Shown here: in pieces, positions 30,268-32,000 of the stretch | Layout of the letters: each line of letters begins with the position of its first letter | Numbering within the stretch: the stretch's first letter is position 1 | Assembly (NCBI GenBank): GCA_016699205.1 | Contig: CP064964.1 | Coordinates: 60,001-92,000 of the forward strand | Reading direction: 5' to 3' | DNA from: Candidatus Saccharimonadota bacterium | Lineage (GTDB): Bacteria > Patescibacteriota > Patescibacteriia > 2-12-FULL-60-25 | Length of the DNA stretch: 32,000 bases | Notes under the pieces: model-generated | What the model was told of the DNA's origin: nothing | The model's input: the letters and a program-made list of their open reading frames with translations, nothing else | Databases searched by the model: none | Translations under genes and position numbers: made by a program

Positions 30268-31145
30268 TCATGCCACAACGTCAAACCGGTTTGGGTCGGG
30301 GATTAGGCGCGCTTATTCCGCCTAAACCAGCTCCTGTCCAACCGATGGCTAATCCTGAGCCGAGAATGTCGGAATCCGAGGAATTGCCAGGACAGAGAAT
30401 TTTGGAAGCTCCGATCGACAAGATTTCTCGTAACCCGCATCAGCCGCGTTTAACGTTTGATCACGCGGATCTTGAAGATCTCATCTCCAGTATCCGCGAA
30501 CATGGTGTTTTGCAACCCTTGATCGTTACGCCTGTTGCTGATGGAACGTATCAGCTGATTGCGGGTGAGCGCCGTTTGCGCGCATCGACGATTGCCGGAT
30601 TAAAAACGGTTCCGGTTGTCGTACGTGATGCAACGGAATTGCAGAAGCTTGAATTGGCAATTATCGAGAACGTACAACGCTCTGATTTGAATCCGATTGA
30701 AGAGGCCAAAGCTTATCAGCGTTTAATCGACGAGTTTGGGATGACGCAGGACGATGTTGGCCGCAAGATGGGTAAGAGCCGTCCGCAAGTTGGAAATATT
30801 ATCCGCTTGCTCCAGCTCCCGCAGGAGATTCAGCAGGCTTTGGTCGAGAAAAAGATTTCTTCTTCCAATGGCCGTACGCTTTTGTCTTTGCCGACGGATG
30901 CCGAGCGCATGGAGCTTTTCCATGCCATGATTGCGGGTAATTTCACGGTACGACAAACAGAGGAACGTGTTGGAGTGCGACGTTTGCCGCGTACACTTGA
31001 TCCGAATATCTCTGCCGCTGAGGATCGCTTGCGTACAAAACTACACGCCAAGGTCTCAATCAAGAGAAATGCAAAGGGCGTCGGAGAAATCCGCGTGCAT
31101 TTTGGATCTGATGAAGAGCTTGGCTCGTTGCTGGAGCGGTTGTAA
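30264..31145 (+). CDS. parB: Chromosome partitioning protein ParB/Spo0J
   Basis: Has NPHQPR, GVLQPLIV and QLIAGERRLRA, followed by an HTH region (AKAYQRLIDEFGMTQDDVGRKMGKSRPQVGN). The start overlaps the parA stop (ATGA). Confidence 0.9.
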   Translation: MIMPQRQTGLGRGLGALIPPKPAPVQPMANPEPRMSESEELPGQRILEAPIDKISRNPHQPRLTFDHADLEDLISSIREHGVLQPLIVTPVADGTYQLIAGERRLRASTIAGLKTVPVVVRDATELQKLELAIIENVQRSDLNPIEEAKAYQRLIDEFGMTQDDVGRKMGKSRPQVGNIIRLLQLPQEIQQALVEKKISSSNGRTLLSLPTDAERMELFHAMIAGNFTVRQTEERVGVRRLPRTLDPNISAAEDRLRTKLHAKVSIKRNAKGVGEIRVHFGSDEELGSLLERL

Positions 31146-31151
31146 ACGCTT

Positions 31152-31319
31152 CTATCTTCCACCCGGCAGCATGCCCTTGATCCAGGACGAAATCCTGGAT
31201 TTTGCGTATTGCTTCACTTTTTGTTTGGCTTGGCGCGTTTTTACGAAGTTTGCCCAATCGGGATTTGGGCCTTTGCGGGACTTGTCGACGATAATATCGA
31301 CCATGTCTCCGTTTTGGAT
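31152..31319 (-). other. Out-of-frame 3' remnant of the rel TGS domain
   Basis: The alternative frame reads IQNGDMVDIIVDKSRKGPNPDWANFVKTRQAKQKVKQY..., the usual end of a TGS domain. It stops at 31152-31154, 7 nt from the convergent parB stop. Confidence 0.6.
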
Positions 31320-32000
31320 GTACAGGTGTTTCCGATATCCGTGTGAATGGCGTACGCGAAATCGACGCAGGTACTGTCCTCCGGAAGGTCGATGACGTCT
31401 CCTTTGGGTGTGAAGACAAAGATGCGGTCGCGGAAAACGTCGATCTTTAATTCTTCCAGAGACTGGAGATAGAGTTTTTTGTCTTCCATTTCTTTTTGGA
31501 TATCAGCGAGCTCGCGAACCCATTCCGGTGCGCGCGATTTATTGCCGGTCAATTCAATTTTTCCGTGCTCGTCATAAGCCCAGTGTGCAGCAATACCGAA
31601 TTCGTTCATGGCATGCATTTCTTTTGTGCGGATTTGGAATTCGACAATTTCACCGTCTTCGCAAAAAACCGTCGTATGCAGCGAGCGGTATCCGTTTGGT
31701 TTTGGCTGAGCAATATAATCCTTGATACGGCCTTTGAGCGGCGTCCATTTGCTATGGATAATACCGAGGGCGGCGTAACAGTCGGCGACGTTATCGACAA
31801 TGATGCGGAGCGCGATCAGGTCGTAAATACGCGCGATATTGCGTTCATTTTTCAGGAGTTTGCGGTATAGCGAATAGAGATGTTTGGCGCGTCCTTGTAC
31901 CAAAACATTCTGCATTCCAGCTTCTGACAGAAGCGCATCTGTATTGACGATCAATTTGTCGACGTATTCTTGCTTGCCTTCCCGACCGGAACGAGAAATT
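31241..32000 (-). CDS. rel: RelA/SpoT-family (p)ppGpp synthetase/hydrolase, 5'-partial at the window edge; reading frame lost inside the TGS domain
   Basis: The frame is open to base 32000 (ISRSGREGKQEYVDKL...). Synthetase motifs are GRAKHLYSLYRKL, YDLIALRIIV, PNGYRSLHTTV and EFQIRTKEMH. The TGS domain begins at IFVFTPKGDVIDLPEDSTCVDFAYAIHTDIGNTC, then unrelated residues run to a stop at 31241. Confidence 0.85.
   Translation of the reverse strand, partial: ISRSGREGKQEYVDKLIVNTDALLSEAGMQNVLVQGRAKHLYSLYRKLLKNERNIARIYDLIALRIIVDNVADCYAALGIIHSKWTPLKGRIKDYIAQPKPNGYRSLHTTVFCEDGEIVEFQIRTKEMHAMNEFGIAAHWAYDEHGKIELTGNKSRAPEWVRELADIQKEMEDKKLYLQSLEELKIDVFRDRIFVFTPKGDVIDLPEDSTCVDFAYAIHTDIGNTCTSKTETWSILSSTSPAKAQIPIGQTS

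Noticed and set aside
1-32000. CRISPR arrays, IS elements or transposases, prophage genes, known defence systems, rRNA or large ncRNAs, and alternative genetic code
   Set aside because: No spaced direct-repeat array and no transposase, integrase or phage motif was recognised. Intergenic gaps are all under 320 bp and are explained by tRNAs, promoters and terminators. TGA terminates conserved genes (lysC, rarA, ruvX, recO) at normal lengths, so UGA recoding is not supported.

Overview
Dense (about 90% coding) bacterial chromosomal window using the standard code: TGA, TAA and TAG all end conserved genes at the expected lengths. The backbone counts about 42-50% GC in hand-sampled 60-nt lines and is housekeeping. 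It holds an SGNH hydrolase, greA, an AlkD-like repair protein, a rhodanese, a DUF2090 aldolase-like protein, xth, a CaCA antiporter, a GT2-like protein, rarA, a PBP2/FtsI-type transpeptidase, murF, tRNA-Glu, rnhB, ruvX, recO, asnS, a GAD-less aspS, scpA-scpB, a DD-carboxypeptidase, a GT4 protein, tRNA-Met, tRNA-Leu, initiator tRNA-fMet, a CPA2 antiporter, parA-parB, and a RelA/SpoT gene running off the right edge. The gene set and compact layout suggest a small-genome, possibly uncultivated (Patescibacteria-like) bacterium, but that is inference only. I saw no CRISPR array, transposase, integrase, rRNA, or recognisable phage or defence gene. Four things stand out. (1) Five higher-GC (about 58-68%) cassettes sit exactly in intergenic gaps. 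All 8 of their genes have Shine-Dalgarno sites, most have a TTGACA -35 box and a GC-rich hairpin terminator, and 6 of 8 products are ORFans to me. One cassette next to tRNA-Glu encodes a translationally coupled pair of STAS-like paralogs with no partner kinase or phosphatase nearby. (2) Backbone genes lack SD sites. Many instead carry an extended -10 box (TGnTAnnnT, three times exactly TGCTAGAAT) only 5-10 nt upstream of the start codon, suggesting leaderless or near-leaderless mRNAs. (3) Three core genes are disrupted: xth by a 1-nt frameshift in an A-run, the PBP by loss of the SxN region plus a frameshift, and rel by a short out-of-frame deletion in the TGS domain. (4) Smaller oddities are a bacterial-type AspRS without the GAD insertion and an initiator tRNA with only 2 of the 3 conserved anticodon-stem G:C pairs. 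All functional calls rest on motif recognition by eye; no searches were run.
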